From: Mizuhopecten yessoensis
Lineage: Eukaryota
Length of the DNA: 64,000 nucleotides
Direction of reading: 5' to 3'
Assembly: GCF_002113885.1 (NCBI RefSeq)
Contig: NW_018403537.1
Location: 66,025 to 130,024 of the forward strand
The position numbers and the translations under genes are program-made. The notes below the pieces were generated by a model, which saw only the letters and a program-made list of their open reading frames with translations, had not been told where the DNA came from and ran no database searches. Positions 61,340 through 64,000 of the stretch are shown here, piece by piece (position 1 is the first letter of the stretch; each line of letters opens with the position of its first letter).

Positions 61340-61995
61340 GGTTTGGCAAAAATACGGCCATCATGGGTCCAGAAGGAGGAGATTGTGTTGGCATTGCGGA
61401 GCCGATTGAGTTCGTTCACAATAGTTTGTCGCCTCTTCGTTAGCAATTCTACAATAAGTGTACCGTGAGAGATACCTTTGAGTTTTTGAGATTATAGAGG
61501 CCACGAGGTCGCACGCAGGTTTAGTAAGGGCCTGAATTCGGTTAACCTGGATTTCAGCACGTAATGGAGGACACCGAGTCAGAACGTTCGAAATTTGGAC
61601 GTCTCTTAGAGTCTTGTTCAACAGAGTAATCGGGTAAAGAATCGAAGGTAGCTCGTTTGGTACCTTGGTTAGCCATGGGAGTGCCGACAGTTATCATAGC
61701 TTGCTCACGGGTAATAGTTAAACTCTCGTCGCGTACCTGGGCAGGTGTGATAGCTCCAGCGCGCACCATGTTAGTCCGTGCAAATCATTTGGTGGAAAAA
61801 CTTGTCACAAGAATTCAGATTTGGAACACTTTTTTACAACAGTTTGGGTCCGTTTATCGTCGAAGAGAAAAAAGAATCTGCATAAACCCAACTCACTGGT
61901 CAGAAGGTTGAAATATTCTTCAGAAACAAAGTAAACTAGTAAAATAAGCTCCTCGCTCCAAAGCGTGTATGTCTACATCATCACGTGACTCGTAC
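61340..61995 (-). mobile_element. Probable LINE 5' UTR and degenerate ORF1
   Basis: Leader GAGTCACGTGATG..GGAGCGAGGAGCT, then broken ORF MVRAGAITPAQVRDE..; weak motif support. Confidence 0.35.
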
Positions 61996-61999
61996 TCCG

Positions 62000-62745
62000 G
62001 TTGAAGGGTTTTACGTCTACCCTTCACTGACCAAGATATTCTAAGTCCTACCCATCCAGTTCACGCTTTGAGGTCGGACAGCGCCCCTGATACGGACAGA
62101 CTGAGGTCCATCGAACGATGTCCTTCGAGTTGTCCCCGCCGCCCTCCTATGATGCGTAATGGCATTGACCTTTGCATTTATTGCAACAGAACTGGGGAAA
62201 AACCAAAAAAAAATGTTCAATGGAATGACAAGGTGAACACATTCTCTTTTGGTTGTTGTGCACAACACGGTTATAAGAGTTGTCCAGTTTACCTATGTAC
62301 GGAATAGAAGGAAGAGCAGTTTTGTTTTGTTTTTGTATTGTTTAACGGCCCATCGACAATGTAAATCATTTTGGGTCAACAATACTCTAAAAAGAGACAT
62401 TCACGAAAATGGACACATCGGGAATGTGTAGAAATGAAATAACAATAAAACATTTCACAATCTCGGATACCTCATATAAACGACCAGCAATATTCACTCC
62501 GTCTAACAATATCGGGGCCGAGGCCTTTCCGTCTAGAGTTATTTCGTAAACATTTCCCCCTTTAGAGACACAAGCATACAACGCACCAGGACCGCACAGA
62601 TTTTCAACATCATCAATGATGTTCTGAGTTGTAAATACCTTGTTGTCGCCAACTTCAATACAATAGGAGTCTTGTACGACCTGGTCTGGTTCTGAGTGTG
62701 TCCGGCGCCGCCATTACGACCATGTCCCTGCCCAGTGGCCATATC
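62000..62745 (-). mobile_element. Tx1-type ORF1 (gag-like) fragment
   Basis: MATGQGHG..., YACVSKGGNVYEITL, VISFLHIP, followed by cysteine-rich knuckle remnants. Confidence 0.65.
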
Positions 62746-62889
62746 AAAGATATGGCTCTAAAATACAGTAGTATTTCACATGTGCAGTTTTTCCCAAACA
62801 GTTTTAATTATGAGAAAATGTCAAAGTCAAAATATAATAATAATAGTAATTATTCGATTATTATATACCGCTTGATCACAACCTAGTTC

Positions 62890-63161
62890 ACACATTATTA
62901 TCCGTGGTTATAGGGCCTTTGCAACCAGCCAATATCTTTCTCAACTGCCATGGGAGCATACAGCCGGTGCTGCCATTTCGGCGCTCACAGCTAGCATTCT
63001 ACAATTCTAGCACTGCCCAACCACGTACTCATTTACAGCTGAGTAGACCGGAACAAACGGAGTAAAGACTCTTGCTCAAAGATACAACACAGTGCCGTGC
63101 CTCGAACCCGCAACCCTTCGGTCACGAGCCCAGCGTCCTACCACTAGACTACTCTGCCTCC
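62890..63161 (-). mobile_element. tRNA-headed SINE with CORE-like segment
   Basis: rc GGAGGCAGAGTAGTCTAGTGG (A box), GGGTTCGAGGC (B box), CTTTGAGCAAG..CTCAGCTGTAAATGAGTAC, GCTGTATGCTCCC. Confidence 0.8.
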
Positions 63162-63528
63162 AATATACACAATATGAAATTATATAAGCCAATATATGAA
63201 CCGATTGCCTACGATTTTGGTGCTTCGATATGAACTACGCCCATTTCCTTTTCCATAACCGGAAGTCCGATCTTATCTCGAGAAAAAGGTACATGTATTA
63301 TGGAAACATTTGTGCGTATTCATAAAAGCCGAAACTCTGAGTCTGTTTCTGGTCGTGTAAACATTCTCTCCACAGATGTTAAGAAAACGAGAGAGGATAA
63401 AATCTTGCCTAATGGTTTTTGTGTTTGAAAGTGGTAATCATATTACCAGTATTATGGTGCCGACGGTAAATCAAACATTGATGATGGCCGGCAGTGGTCT
63501 CCGTTTTTCTTTGTGAAGCTATGCCCTC

Positions 63529-63960
63529 TTGATGGCTTCTGTGCGCATTACTACCTTGAATGTGACCGGCAGCATGTCGTCAGCCTCGTACCTTCACAAT
63601 GCGTTACAGGCAGAAAACGTTGACATTTACGGAATTTCAAAGCACTGGCTATTCGAAGAAAATTTTCACATATTACAAAGTATTAATTATGATGACCACA
63701 CCACGATCTTAAAGCTTGTTTCTAATTTCGGCGTGTGGCATGTTTTACAGGTGTATCTACCCAACAAGAGCTACGGTTCTGAAGCTTTTAACCAGTACAT
63801 CGACAATATAGACGCCTTCTTCTCTTCAAGAGTCGATCATTATCACGAGATACTTCAACGCTCGCCTTAGTGGTCCTCGTCTACCAAACTATCAACACAA
63901 CAGAGCTGCTCGCCTTCAACGTTGCCTTGATCGTCACCAGTTGTGTTCTTTAACTACATC
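63529..63960 (+). mobile_element. LINE apurinic endonuclease N-terminal fragment with internal deletions
   Basis: ITTLNVTG..DIYGISKHWL..QVYLP. Confidence 0.65.
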
Positions 63961-64000
63961 GTTAACTTTTCCGGTCCGTTATTTAAATACGTGCACTCCG

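Overview
Eukaryotic, AT-rich, intron-containing genomic DNA. The repeat landscape (tRNA-headed SINEs, Helentron-type HINEs, a DUF3504 Crypton, CR1/Tx1 LINEs) suggests a bivalve mollusc, which is an inference. Two intact host genes can be spliced by hand: EIF2B3 (eIF2B gamma; + strand, 11 coding exons 11200-20457, 455 aa) and a convergent short SAM-domain gene resembling SAMD15 (- strand, 4 exons 26529-22931, 147 aa). The rest is a dense, nested set of decayed mobile elements. These include a spliced DUF3504 tyrosine-recombinase (Crypton-like) gene with a Harbinger Myb-like gene remnant inside its intron, and two degenerate CxxH-type DDE transposases, one head-to-head with a YqaJ lambda-exonuclease. 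There are also mini LTR elements whose LTRs carry tRNA-like A/B boxes, long-hairpin non-autonomous elements, palindromic MITEs with 9-10 bp TSDs, several LINE fragments (one with a 2A-like motif), SINEs and satellites. No prokaryotic system, CRISPR array, rRNA or convincing functional tRNA is present. Family names come from motif recall, not database searches.
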